Shown piece by piece: positions 48,740-60,700 of a DNA stretch of 64,000 nucleotides. Both the position numbers and the translations under genes were made by a program. Numbering within the stretch: the first letter of the stretch is position 1; each line of letters begins with the position of its first letter. The notes under the pieces are model-generated. The model had not been told where the DNA came from and searched no databases. It saw nothing but the letters and a program-made list of their open reading frames with translations. Source of the stretch: a virus (Duplodnaviria > Caudoviricetes); IMG/VR virus record IMGVR_UViG_3300021387_001774, positions 1 to 64,000 of that record; one strand, written 5' to 3'.

Positions 48740-50014
48740 TTACATTTTATTGAGTCTTTTAGCAGCATCGTTAATTCTATTATATTGATCACGTTTCTCT
48801 TGCCTAGAACGTAGTTTATGTTCACCATCAGGATAAATTTCAGCATATTTATTATTTTCATCAAGTTTCTTATGACTAAGACCAGTCTTATATCTAGTAT
48901 CTCTATGTGCAGCTTCTACCTCAAGCATTTCTTTAATAGCTTTAACACCAAGATTATCTATACGAAGAATCATATCGAAATAGATATTAATACAATCTAT
49001 AAGATATGCTTTTCTACTCAATAATTCTTTACAAGAAGCATTGATACCATCCCAAATAGAGTCTAGTATTTTACCATTATCTTTTTTATTTTCTATATCC
49101 GCATTCTTGAAATTAGCAAGACACTTATTTTTTCTTTCTTTTATTTCATTCATAACTTTATTATCTACTGTCTTGCTAAGAACAGCTTGACACATATTAG
49201 ATACGTTGAAAATATCTTGTTTATCAGCATCTGCAAGAATATCGAATGAATCAGGACTTCTAAAAATATTTTTTACTGATTGTTCTTGAGGTTCTTCTTC
49301 TGGATTTTCTACAAATAATGTTACTATTAAGTGATTAGGTTTAGGATATCCTTTAAGAACAATATTTTTAGAAGTATATCCATACACTTGTGTATCTCTA
49401 TTACTAAGTAATATTTTTGCAATTTTATATTTAGTTGAATGTAAAATCTTCTCTTTCCAAGTTTGTTTATCTTTATTTACTTTAGAACCAGATACAGTTT
49501 GAGATAAAGCATCTTTACAATATGCTTGTACTACCGGAATAGCTGCTTCAGCAGTAGTTTTTGTTTCTAGTTCTTTAGACATTTTTGTAACAGTTTCATA
49601 AAGACTATTAACATTCTTAACTAAAGAACGAATATAATTTTGAGCAGGTCCTTTAAGAATTGTAACTGGATCATCGACCATATTGTTTTCTTTTACTCTA
49701 GCTTGATCACCATATCTTTCATATAAACCAGATTTAACACGATCTAGATATCGTTTATAAAAAAATCTATTCTTATTTTTTCTAGCAAACATTCTAGCAC
49801 GTTTATTAATCGTCTCTACTTTACCTGGAAGTTCATGTAAATAATCAAAAACACCTTTACCTTTATTCTTTACCTTATCTACTTGCATCATATGATTTTT
49901 GTTAGGTTCTCCATCATTTTTAGGAGCTTCTGGAGCTTTAGCGGGTTTTTCTTTTTGATTATTTTCCATATCTTTTTCTATAGAATATTGTAAATCATTA
50001 AAATCTATAATCAT
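48740..50014 (-). CDS. Putative virion (head) protein
   Basis: AAGGA RBS supports ATG 50014 (the ORF-track extension crosses promoters and terminators); N-terminal YSIE motif; late motif at 50039-50052; terminator at 48712-48737. Confidence 0.55.
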   Translation of the reverse strand: MIIDFNDLQYSIEKDMENNQKEKPAKAPEAPKNDGEPNKNHMMQVDKVKNKGKGVFDYLHELPGKVETINKRARMFARKNKNRFFYKRYLDRVKSGLYERYGDQARVKENNMVDDPVTILKGPAQNYIRSLVKNVNSLYETVTKMSKELETKTTAEAAIPVVQAYCKDALSQTVSGSKVNKDKQTWKEKILHSTKYKIAKILLSNRDTQVYGYTSKNIVLKGYPKPNHLIVTLFVENPEEEPQEQSVKNIFRSPDSFDILADADKQDIFNVSNMCQAVLSKTVDNKVMNEIKERKNKCLANFKNADIENKKDNGKILDSIWDGINASCKELLSRKAYLIDCINIYFDMILRIDNLGVKAIKEMLEVEAAHRDTRYKTGLSHKKLDENNKYAEIYPDGEHKLRSRQEKRDQYNRINDAAKRLNKM

Positions 50015-50038
50015 AGTTTTATCCTTATATAAGTGTGA

Positions 50039-50052
50039 TATACTAATATGTC
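50039..50052 (-). promoter_or_regulatory. Late-type promoter
   Basis: GACA-TATTAG-TATA. Confidence 0.6.
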
Positions 50053-50063
50053 GATTTTTAGAT

Positions 50064-50118
50064 AAAAAAGAAACCCTAGAGAAGGGTTTCTTTTTAATAA
50101 GAGCTATTTCTCTTCCAT
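50064..50118 (-). ncRNA. Candidate small RNA of about 55 nt from an ORF-less early promoter
   Basis: Early motif at 50116-50139, then hairpin AAGAG-AAATAG-CTCTT, then terminator AAAGAAACCC-TTCTCTA-GGGTTTCTTTTTT; no RBS or ORF in between. Confidence 0.4.
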
Positions 50119-50145
50119 TAATATAATATATAAATAAAATATATA

Positions 50146-50170
50146 GGATATCCCTCATTGAGGGATATCC
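50146..50170 (-). terminator. Hairpin/terminator
   Basis: GGATATCCCTC-ATT-GAGGGATATCC just after the stop of 50177. Confidence 0.65.
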
Positions 50171-50176
50171 ATTATC

Positions 50177-51244
50177 TTATGTTTGAGATGTTTCTTGTTG
50201 ATTTGATACAGTGATATTTGGAGATAAGAATTTAGTTCTTATTTGATCCAATAAAATACTTATTGAGTCTTTTATTTCTGTATCAATGATATTTAATTTA
50301 TTTGTTTTCTTCTCGATGATATTTTTCTTCAAGTTTCCAAGACGTACAAACATATTCTCTAACTGTGGTTGAATATCTTTTGTAACTTTTATTATTAATT
50401 CATCGAGTTCTTTTTTGCTGATAGCTGTAACTTCAAGTTTCTTCACATCAATTGCTTGCCATATAAGTTCATCCAATTCATCTATATAATTGGAAGCTTT
50501 TCTCCTATCATCAACTATTTCAACAAATCCGTTACGAGAAATAATATCTTTACTATGATCTATCCATAACATTTCTACGTTACTTAATAAATCATCCATA
50601 AAAAAATATTCTTTGGTTTTATGAATTTCCGAATTATTGAAACCTGTTATATCGACTATATAATTTAATAATTCTGTATAATAAGAATTTTTAATAGAAG
50701 AAAATGTATTTCTAAAAATCATTTCACATTGATGTGTATAATTCATCTCTAATGAATGGATACTATTTGTAACATCTATCGTTTTTGAAATACTTGATGA
50801 AAGTTCTGTCTCTAATAAAAGTTCTAGCATAGATAAAAATTTATCTACATTAAATTCTTTTATTTGAGTCTCATCATGTTTTTTATAATTTCTATTCTTT
50901 ATCTTAAATTTACCAAATTCAATATATTCAGAATTATCAAATCTTTTTAATATTCCTTTTATAATAAGTGATAAAAATAAAATTATTGCATAAAGTAAAA
51001 AAACTACACATATACAAATAACTATTACGAACCACAAGTTATCTTTTAAAATAGTAAATATGTAATCGTACATATCTGCATTTATAACTTTAGTAACCAT
51101 AGGTTCCATTTGTATTATTTGTGCATTTTGTCCATATATAATAGCTTGTTTTTCTTTTTCATCAATACTCGTTTGTGAAAACGTAAAAGAAAAAGTTAGT
51201 GAAAAAATACAAACTAATGTTAATATCTTTTTAACATAACGCAT
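50177..51244 (-). CDS. Late membrane protein: signal peptide, short external segment, one TM helix, helical cytoplasmic domain
   Basis: MRYVKKILTLVCIFSLTFSFTFS-Q signal-like N-terminus; TM LWFVIVICICVVFLLYAIILFLSLII; late motif GACA-TGTTAA-TATA at 51270-51283. Confidence 0.6.
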   Translation of the reverse strand: MRYVKKILTLVCIFSLTFSFTFSQTSIDEKEKQAIIYGQNAQIIQMEPMVTKVINADMYDYIFTILKDNLWFVIVICICVVFLLYAIILFLSLIIKGILKRFDNSEYIEFGKFKIKNRNYKKHDETQIKEFNVDKFLSMLELLLETELSSSISKTIDVTNSIHSLEMNYTHQCEMIFRNTFSSIKNSYYTELLNYIVDITGFNNSEIHKTKEYFFMDDLLSNVEMLWIDHSKDIISRNGFVEIVDDRRKASNYIDELDELIWQAIDVKKLEVTAISKKELDELIIKVTKDIQPQLENMFVRLGNLKKNIIEKKTNKLNIIDTEIKDSISILLDQIRTKFLSPNITVSNQQETSQT

Positions 51245-51326
51245 TTCAATCCCCATAATAATGATCTAGTATATTAACATGTCAAAAAATAAAAGGTGTG
51301 TAACATAAATTACACACCTAATATTT

Positions 51327-52268
51327 TTAGAATAAATCTAGATTCATTATATCGTCATCGTCTGCATCATTTATATATGTATAAGGAATATTTTCTTTAT
51401 ATTTGTCAGACAAGTTGATCTTTATTTCACCAGGTTTATTATTTTCGTCTTTATTTAGGTTTTCATCTTCTTTACCAGATGCTAGTAATGTACCAACATC
51501 ATCTGTATTTTCAAACATATCAAATTCATCTGCGTTATAAAGTTCGACAGTTGTTTCAGGTTTAAGTTTCTTTATGTCTTTGGAATTCAGCTCTCTTTCT
51601 TTTTCATATTTTACTAATAATTCTTCAAGATAAACTTGAAGATCATTTAATGAACCATTGAATGAATCTAATACTAATGGAGCTTCATCAAAGTATGACA
51701 TAACCTTTACAATTAACATAAGCATTGCTAATATTTGATTATGAGATTTTGATTCTAGTTCACAGACACTTTCTTTATCTGTTATTTCGACTTTATAAGT
51801 ATATAATAGTTTACCATCTTCGTCTTTTTCTGAAGGATATTGAAGAACTTTTACTTTACTCAAAACGTCTTCTTGTGTAACGTTTGACATATCGTCATCA
51901 CAAATTTCATTAATTATATCATCCTCATCTTCTGAGTTTGAACAGACTTTTGAATAAATAACTGGTGTAGTCATTAACATAAGAATTAGAGCATTCTTAG
52001 TTTTTACAAAGGGATTAAAATACTCAAGCTTCTCTCTTCTTGATCTATAGTTAATAAATTCATCTTGTGTTGCTACTAAAGTATAAATCTTTTCATTGTG
52101 CTGATTTACAAAATAGGTTGGTACAGTTTTGCCCTTGATACGTTTATCTGCACCAACTATTTTAAGTAAACCGCAACCAGGATCATCTGATCTACAGATT
52201 CCAACGAAATCCATAATAGGTTTCAAAAACTGATCATTCAATTTATTGAAAATCTTGGTACGGTACAT
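51327..52268 (-). CDS. Hypothetical acidic protein
   Basis: 313 aa, AAGGAG RBS, acidic tail ending DDDDIMNLDLF; terminator at 51294-51319. Confidence 0.65.
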   Translation of the reverse strand: MYRTKIFNKLNDQFLKPIMDFVGICRSDDPGCGLLKIVGADKRIKGKTVPTYFVNQHNEKIYTLVATQDEFINYRSRREKLEYFNPFVKTKNALILMLMTTPVIYSKVCSNSEDEDDIINEICDDDMSNVTQEDVLSKVKVLQYPSEKDEDGKLLYTYKVEITDKESVCELESKSHNQILAMLMLIVKVMSYFDEAPLVLDSFNGSLNDLQVYLEELLVKYEKERELNSKDIKKLKPETTVELYNADEFDMFENTDDVGTLLASGKEDENLNKDENNKPGEIKINLSDKYKENIPYTYINDADDDDIMNLDLF

Positions 52269-52284
52269 TCTTCATTACTCCTTA

Positions 52285-53469
52285 TTAATGAAAATAATCT
52301 CCCTCTGGAGGACATTCAGTTTCTTCTATATATGATAAAGATTCTATATTAGAAGAATCTGATAATAAATCTGATATCTCAGATTCGACTTTAGATCCAT
52401 TATCAATACCCATATGTTTCTTTAGTACAGGTTGATTATCTGGATTCCAATCTTTAAAGTATGCATTAACTTTATCTCCATAATACAATGGTGTAAAAGT
52501 CAATCGTACTGGTCCTAAATCTTTTTCTAGACTATTTGCATACTCTTTAATTATGGTTAATGTATTATTTATATCATACTGTAGTTTATCCTGAAATTGA
52601 TATTTCATGAAAGGTGTGTATGATTTCTTATTTCTTATTACATTTACTCCCATATTTGTATCATAAATATATGTATAACCATGTTGCATAGACATAAAAT
52701 CATGATATAAAGTATATTTTGATAATTCTGTAGAATCAAACATATTCACATTATAATCACTAATTCTTATTGAATCTCTTAATGAATAAATCTTTGATTT
52801 CATCATAGGCTCTAATGTATCCATTTCTTTTATTTCCATAATAGAAACAGATGTTACTTCATCAAATAATTCTTCTCCAATATGTGTAACTACTACATCA
52901 ATAGAATTCAAACAATATAAATCAGCTTCATTTAATTCTTCTTGTTGCATAGTATAATACTTTGGATCTGGTATGCTTGGTGCACTTTCACTCATATGAA
53001 AACTTATTATTTCTTTCTTATCATTTTTATCTCTTATATCTTTAGAATACATATTCGTTCCTGGAAAGAATGCTTTTTTCATATCATAATCGTTTACTGT
53101 GCTTGAAATCATAGATTCATTTAATATAAACTTTGCTGTTCTATAATTCATGATGGATCCATAACAAATCACATCATGAATATATAGTCCAATTTCCATA
53201 TGTGTTGTATTATCACTACCTCTAAACCATGGTACGACATCTATATTGTTTTTACCACCTTTAGAAATAGATAAATTAATTTGAATAGCTTTTCCATAAT
53301 AAGTTTTTGTAGGATCTTCTCTTTTTAACTTAAAATTTTCTATGTCTTCATTTGTGAAAAACATATAGAAAAATCTATGAGCATCTAATATATTTGCTTC
53401 TTTGAAATCGGTAGGTTTTTCATTTATCCATTCTTTATCAAAATTCCAAGTCTTATTAGTTATATTCAT
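52285..53469 (-). CDS. Hypothetical protein, probable distant paralog of 53503..54615
   Basis: 394 aa, GAGG RBS; early-motif variant at 53491-53509. Confidence 0.65.
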   Translation of the reverse strand: MNITNKTWNFDKEWINEKPTDFKEANILDAHRFFYMFFTNEDIENFKLKREDPTKTYYGKAIQINLSISKGGKNNIDVVPWFRGSDNTTHMEIGLYIHDVICYGSIMNYRTAKFILNESMISSTVNDYDMKKAFFPGTNMYSKDIRDKNDKKEIISFHMSESAPSIPDPKYYTMQQEELNEADLYCLNSIDVVVTHIGEELFDEVTSVSIMEIKEMDTLEPMMKSKIYSLRDSIRISDYNVNMFDSTELSKYTLYHDFMSMQHGYTYIYDTNMGVNVIRNKKSYTPFMKYQFQDKLQYDINNTLTIIKEYANSLEKDLGPVRLTFTPLYYGDKVNAYFKDWNPDNQPVLKKHMGIDNGSKVESEISDLLSDSSNIESLSYIEETECPPEGDYFH

Positions 53470-53502
53470 AAACTTACCTCACTTCAAGCCAATAATATAT
53501 AA

Positions 53503-54615
53503 TTAAAAATATGGATATGTTAAATTATCCAATTTAAGATTATTAGATAATTCCAATACATTACTATCGGTTGTAAAGATACCATTTGTAGGGTGTCTAT
53601 CAACTATTTTTACACTTACATTAGCATAATTAAATATCAATGATATAGTACAATCGTATGCATCAAGATCTTCTCTTAACTGATCTTCATTAATTAATTT
53701 AAGATCCCCAACGAGGAACATATAATTCATTTGTTTTTCCACATTTGACATATCCATGTAAGATTTTACATTAGTAACATTAAAACCTTTCGACCCAGCA
53801 TAAATAATTTCACAGGATGAGAATCCATACTTTTCTATATAATATTTAGTATTTGCACTTACATCCATGATAAGTTCATTAAAAGTTGAATCTCCAAGAG
53901 TTATTCTTGAACTAAGATTATCAACAGTAATATTTAATTTATAGACCTTTGTACGTGGATCTATTAAATCGTTCAAAGTAGTTTTATATAATTTTTCATA
54001 ATATTTCTGTTCAGGCATGGTATATACAGCTTCTTTACAATTCATAACATCATCATAATATGAATCTTCTATATTGCCTAATAATACCATATCTTTTTCT
54101 TCATAAAACTGAGGACTTGGTATAAGAATCTGTTTTCCACATTCTTTTCTAAATACTTCACCTTCAGATTTTGTTTCATAAGAAACATTTACTTCTGTAA
54201 GAGCATCATAATGACGTCCATTCTTTTTACCACATTCTATAGCATCTGGACAATCTTCCATAATTCCCCAATCTACATCAGTAAATATTAATGGAGTATC
54301 TCCTTGAATTTCATTTATGCTACATTTAGCCATTCCATAATGTATAAATACATTTCTCGTTCTTGTATCTCTAAGACCATAATAAGTTCCATATACTTCA
54401 GAATTATTTATAACCATAACTCTTGTATATTTTGAACCATACGGTATAAACTCTGTTCCACCTGGAAATAATCCAAAGAACAGATCTAAAACGTTTGGAA
54501 TAGTATGTGATTTAATTTCTGATAGGATAATAAATCTGTTAGCTTTTGCAAATCCTGGTAGATCTGATACAGTTCTACCTATAGAATTTCTTTTTGTACC
54601 AAAATCTAATCTCAT
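53503..54615 (-). CDS. Hypothetical protein (early)
   Basis: 370 aa, AAGGAG RBS; early-motif variant TTTCAATTATATATTTTACTAATG from 54651. Confidence 0.65.
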   Translation of the reverse strand: MRLDFGTKRNSIGRTVSDLPGFAKANRFIILSEIKSHTIPNVLDLFFGLFPGGTEFIPYGSKYTRVMVINNSEVYGTYYGLRDTRTRNVFIHYGMAKCSINEIQGDTPLIFTDVDWGIMEDCPDAIECGKKNGRHYDALTEVNVSYETKSEGEVFRKECGKQILIPSPQFYEEKDMVLLGNIEDSYYDDVMNCKEAVYTMPEQKYYEKLYKTTLNDLIDPRTKVYKLNITVDNLSSRITLGDSTFNELIMDVSANTKYYIEKYGFSSCEIIYAGSKGFNVTNVKSYMDMSNVEKQMNYMFLVGDLKLINEDQLREDLDAYDCTISLIFNYANVSVKIVDRHPTNGIFTTDSNVLELSNNLKLDNLTYPYF

Positions 54616-54684
54616 ATTTAACTCCTTATATATAATAGTAGTCAGTTTAGCATTAGTAAAATATATAATTGAAAGTAAATTTAA

Positions 54685-54716
54685 AATATTCTGGGGATTT
54701 ATTCCCCAGAATATTA
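54685..54716 (-). terminator. Intrinsic terminator
   Basis: AATATTCTGGGGA...TCCCCAGAATATT downstream of the 2629-aa gene. Confidence 0.75.
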
Positions 54717-54723
54717 TTAGAAA

Positions 54724-57700
54724 TTACATATCATCGAATGGATAATATGGTAAATAAGATACATGTTTATTTAGTTTCTTTAGATACCACGAATTAGAAA
54801 GTCTGATAGAGTTGATCTTTTCTTCTTCGGCTGTCTCTATAGGAGAACCAAAGATAACTAACTCTATTTCAAATTGCTCATCATCGAATATTGAACCGCC
54901 ATTTTCTGTCGGTTTCAATGGATCTGAAGAACTCATGTATAAATCATTCATTATGTCGTCTCTACGTTTAAATAAATGATTATTCTTATTGTTTTCCCAA
55001 TGTGTAACATAATACTTCTTATAGAATTCCACAAGTGTCATTCTTCTAGAATGTAATAAGTCTACATCTGATTCATATTCGTTGTTATTATCGATGAATG
55101 TTTCTTTAAAATCACTCGTTTCGTTATACAAACCGAATATTTTTCTAATATACTTATCTCTAAGAGTATTAGTTTCATCGGTTAATTCATTATTCCATTT
55201 CTTACTATTTCTACCAATAAACGTATAAAGATATCCAATATGTTTAATAGTATTATCTTCTTCAACCTCTTTTTTCACTTCCTTGATGTTAAATCCATTA
55301 AGGATAAGCCTATCTTTACAGTTGTAGATATAAATACCATTATACTTCATAATACCTGTAATAATACCATTTACATTAGATACAGTTTTAATTAATGATG
55401 GTTCCATTTGAAGACCATATCCTTTATCCGTAATATCAAACTTAATAAATCTCAATACTGTGTTTAAACGTGTACGTTCAGTATAATCATTAACTATAAC
55501 TTCATAAGGTCCATTTGTCGATTTAAGTATATGAATTTTTCTAATATCCAAAGATGTATTATCTAATGTAATATAATTAGTAGCCATTATGTTGTTTTGT
55601 ACTGTTTGGATACCTGTTGAGCTATCGGTTTCCTCATGTCTATGTACAAAGCGTATGAAATAAAGATAAGTTTTAACTGTACCATCAGTATCAGCCTGAT
55701 TGCCAATCTTATAACACATATTTGCTTCATCGAAAATACAATGAATAGCAAACTGATAAATAGATCCATCTTCGGTTGTATAAGTTCTTTGTATAATCTT
55801 ATTGAAGTTAACTTTAGAACAATCAGCTCTATTATCACCTGTGTTATTTAGTCTTATATCAACCTTCCACTCTTTTGTATTTGTATCATATTTAAGACCA
55901 TAAGTTTTATTATCTTCAGCAGTTACAGTCATATAGAACAATGGAGCTTCACCGTTAAATTCGATGAAGTCATCAAGTTTTGTTATAATATGATTGTTTA
56001 CTGATGTAGGTGTAGTAATTTTTTCTTTTCTAGTAATATTATACATTGAATTATCATGTGTAAGTATAAGAACACCTAATGAAGTCTCCCTAATCACTGT
56101 CATATAATCAGTAAGTTCATAATGAAGTTCCATTACTTTTGTTTCTTTATTATACTTATACACATTATGTACTCCATCGACAGTAGCGAAGTAATACATA
56201 TCATTATTCTCAGTAACAAAGAGTTTAGTATAATATTTATCAATTATTTCATCTTCATCTATTCTATTTATTGTGTTAATATTTACACGCTCTGTATCAG
56301 TAAAATCGAGAATCTTATCAAATGTATAAGTTGTTTTATTAAACCTATAAACATACTTGTAACAAAGATATACTTCTCCATCAACTTCTTGAATAATAGG
56401 TTTAATGTTTTGATTACCTGACCATTCAGGAAGAGCTACAATATATTTAAAATCGTTATTGTTTGAATAGATTTCATTGAGACAAATCTCAAGACCTCTA
56501 ATACCAAATAGACCAAGAGATGTATTATATAATCTATCAAAATTAACATTTTTGTATTTTAGTTCATTATTTTGACCATATACTATATATTTCTTATCGT
56601 AAATAGGTTTAAGATTATCTGTTCTAGCCTTGGCAAACGTATAATACAATTCATCATCATTTGAAACTATTGGTAACTGATTACTCATTAAAACTGATTC
56701 ACCATTATCATCAATTGATGCTTGCTGTAATGTGTAAATATTCTTTTCATTATCGTATAAACTGTATGGATCAATAGATATTTCAGAAAAATCGTATATT
56801 CTTGAATGTTCTTTAGTCTTATTTATAAATACAAACTCTTCTTTATTTATTCCAGGATATGTTTCATCGTTAATACAAATTGACTCAACATTATCGTGTA
56901 TAGTCAATTCTGTTGGATCTGCAAAATAAGTTAACTCTTTTGTCTTTAAATCATAGATCACGTTACGTGAATAGTTAATAAACTTATCGCCAAGAAGAGT
57001 AAAGTTTGCATCATAAAGTAAGTATTGTAAATCTACATCATCAAATGGTTCAAGAGCATCGTCATATAGTCTATAAATACTATATTTTGTACCAAAGCAG
57101 AAGATTAACAATTCAATTCTTCCATCATCACGAGTATGTTTGAAAGCATTGACAATCATTGCTCCACCTACATCTATACTAAGTGGATCACCAAATGCTT
57201 TAGTATCATTTATTCCGTGTTTATAAACATACATTGTACCATTAACTGAAGTATCAAGAGAAACACCATAGATGTTACCGTTTTCGAATTCAGTAATATA
57301 ATGATAATCTTTTCTACTAGATACATCTGTTTCTGACCATTTTAATGTTTCACCATCGATAATATATGTATTGAATATATTCTTTTGAGTATCTCTTAAG
57401 GTTACGAATACATATTTAGAAGTTTCGTTTACTTCAATAAGTGGTTCATCATTACCTTCGTCAATGATATAATCAAAGTATTCTTCTTCAACATATTTAA
57501 GATCATCAGAAATACGTTCAATAGAAAGAACGCGTTTACCTGTTGAATAGGCTCTAGTTTCTATACCAAGTTTGAAGAACTTAGTAGTGATAACTTTATC
57601 ATATGTAATAGGAAGAAGATGATTAATGATATCATTTCTATACATATCTTGCATAAATAATGAAATATCTTCATAACTATAAGCTAACTCATGCTCATTA

Positions 57701-60700
57701 TAAGGATTATTACCTACATTATTGTCATATATCATACGTTTTGTATAATATACTGTATCTGGAGCCCAAGCTTCAAATGGATCAGTAGCTACTTTACTAT
57801 ATACTCCATCTGCTTCAGTATAGTATTCTACACCACTTCTAGGAGCAAGTTCAGAAGTCTGATCTACTATTTCGTAAACTTCTCTACCTGTACTAGCAGG
57901 AATCTTTATAAATAACTTATCATCCATAAATCTAAAGTTAGATTTATCAAAATTGAAAACATATTTTTCAGTATTTAACTCATAATAAAACAAATCTGTA
58001 TTTGACTTAAATAAATATGGATTAATAGATGCTGTATCAGGATCAACATTTTCTACGAAATCATCAGATGTACATTCTGTAAATTGTGGATTTACACAAG
58101 TAAACAGTAATACACCTTCAGGGTTATCTTTATTGACCCAATCAGGATTAAAGTTATTCTCGGGTTTGATATAATCTTCAGGTGTTAGAAGCTGATATAT
58201 AGCATCATCAATATAATAATCGGCTAATTTATCAAACTCTGTAATATCATACTGTTCATCAAAGTTTCCATTAAGATTCATCTTGTAATACTTGAATCCT
58301 CTAATTGGTTCTTTTACAACAGTCTTATCGATCTTTATTTTTGTATTATTACGTTTTACAGTACGTTTGAAAAGTTTAACCATATTAATATTTGATCCTG
58401 GTGGATAACTTTGTGCTCCAGAAGAATACAAATTAAATATAGTTTTACTTGGATCAAGTTTGTAGTAAGTTTTAATTATGTTACCACTAATAGTCATTGG
58501 ATATTCATCTTTTGTAACACTTGGTGTAGCAATCATATCGCTTAAAGTGTTATTTACACCAACTTTATACATGATGTTTGGAACAACGTTCTGCTCTACA
58601 GTTGTTAAATAAAGATCATTGTGACCTTCTACAGTATGTTCGGCTAGAGAATAAGATTTATATTCAACTTCTTCTTTTTCACCAATTTGTGTTACAATCT
58701 TATGAGGTTTAGAAACCAGATAAGGTCTATTAGTATTATTAGTTTCTTTTAGTGTAGTTATAGTATCATCCTGTACGAAATATCTTGCATAAACATCGTG
58801 TGAACTTATATTCAAGAATTTTTGATACTTATCATAATATAATTCGAGATAACCATTTTTAATGTCTGGTATAATTGTTTCAATACTATCATTTGTAACA
58901 TCCAATTTGAATAATGCTGGATAATATGGTCGCATTTGTACATAAGCAAGAACATCTTCAATAAATTCATAACCACCATAAATATCATAGTGATCATTGT
59001 TCTTCACTTCTACGAGTCGCATTATTCCTTCGCCAGATACACTATAATCTAGCTGATGTATAGATGGAATAAATTTATCAGAAACTGGATCATATTTACA
59101 AATGTATGGATGTTTATTGTTATTAACTACAGCTAAAATACATTCATGGAAATCATAGAATTCAACATTAGAATCTAATATTCCATCCAATGGACCATGC
59201 AATGGTAAAATAGAACCATTAGAATCCATTGTCAAATGCTTTTCACCACGAATAACATATTTTAGATGATAAATATCGTCGACTTCATGGTTCAAACCAA
59301 TGATATGATAATTGTTTCCAATCTTAATTACATTAATTATTTTAATTGTACTAACATCGGAAACAACATCTTCAAATATTGTAGTTAATGAATCATACTG
59401 TACAAATTGTTGACTAACACTATCATATCTATAAATATTTTGATTACCGTTAACAGAAATCCAAGCGAGTACTTCACCATCTTTAGTCTTAGTTATATTA
59501 GTGAGATTTTCGCTATCAACTTGACAGATAGAAACTTTATTATTATCTGTGAATGGTGTCGTATAAGTACCATCGTCGTCTCTAGCAAAAGTTTTATAAA
59601 CGTATTGTCCATTTGTAATAAATGATGTACCACGTTTATCATCAAGACAAATTATCTTGAATAAATTTTGAGTTGTAAAATCACAATTTACGAGTTCCAA
59701 CCATTTAAACTTAGTATCAACATTATCATTTGGAATTTCTTCGGTTAAAGCTGAATTACTTATCCATACAACGTCGTAGCTACTGTCTACTCCAGGTACA
59801 TTATGAAGTTTACAACAAGCGTATCTACCATATTTAGTATCTATAATACGCTCAACTTGTGGTTTATTTGGTGTATAAGTTCCATATTCTATATGCTTAA
59901 AAGGCTCAAACTCACTATTATTTGATTCATAAGTTACTGGACCTTTTATATAAACCATATCGTTTCTGAATTTTTCATATTCTTTTCTAACGATTTCGTG
60001 TATGGTATCTACAGCATCTTTGTAAGTAAATGTATCGTCAGCTTTATGAATAATCTTAAGCTTCTTGATAGCATTTATATCAGAAATTCTGCTCTCTGAT
60101 TTATCTAAAGAAAGTATATTATCATACTTTACAAATCCGTATTTGTTTGGAGAAATACAATACTTTTGAGAATTATAATCTGGATTTTGTATCACAGAAT
60201 AAGTAGATACTTCGTCATACGAAATATTATTATCTTCGATAGTATTATACAATACAGAAAGATGATCAACGAATGAAATATACAAAATACTATGGAAATC
60301 AATTACTGGTAATTCTTCATCGTATTTCTCAACATTTTCGTCATACAACTGATAATCACTAGTAAAAAGATCAAGATATTCATATCTCAATTTGTTTCCA
60401 CTGTATTCTTTCAATACATAATCATTTTTATAAATACTGTATTTTTGAATAGCTGCTGTTTTATCATCTATAGAAATAAGAATTCCACTTCTTCCATATT
60501 TATCAAAAGATGGAAGATATTTCAATACTTCACTATTGTTATCAAAGAATAGTCTACAAGTTATATTCTTACTTTCATCTACAGTATAAAGACCTTCTTT
60601 ATCTATAATAATTACTCCATTTGGAGTATCTACAACATCTTTAACATTCTGAAGATAAGCATTGTCAATAAGATAATATTCGTCCTGATTTGTTTCAGGT

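Noticed and set aside
52285-54615. PhuZ tubulin or chimallin (nuclear shell) genes
   Set aside because: No tubulin GGGTGSG-type motif; the sizes and sequences give no support for chimallin.
1566-54716. Recurrent CTGGG...CCCAG inverted repeats as a REP/MITE-like mobile family
   Set aside because: Each sits right after a stop codon with A/T tails and differs in loop and flanks, so ordinary intrinsic terminators explain them.
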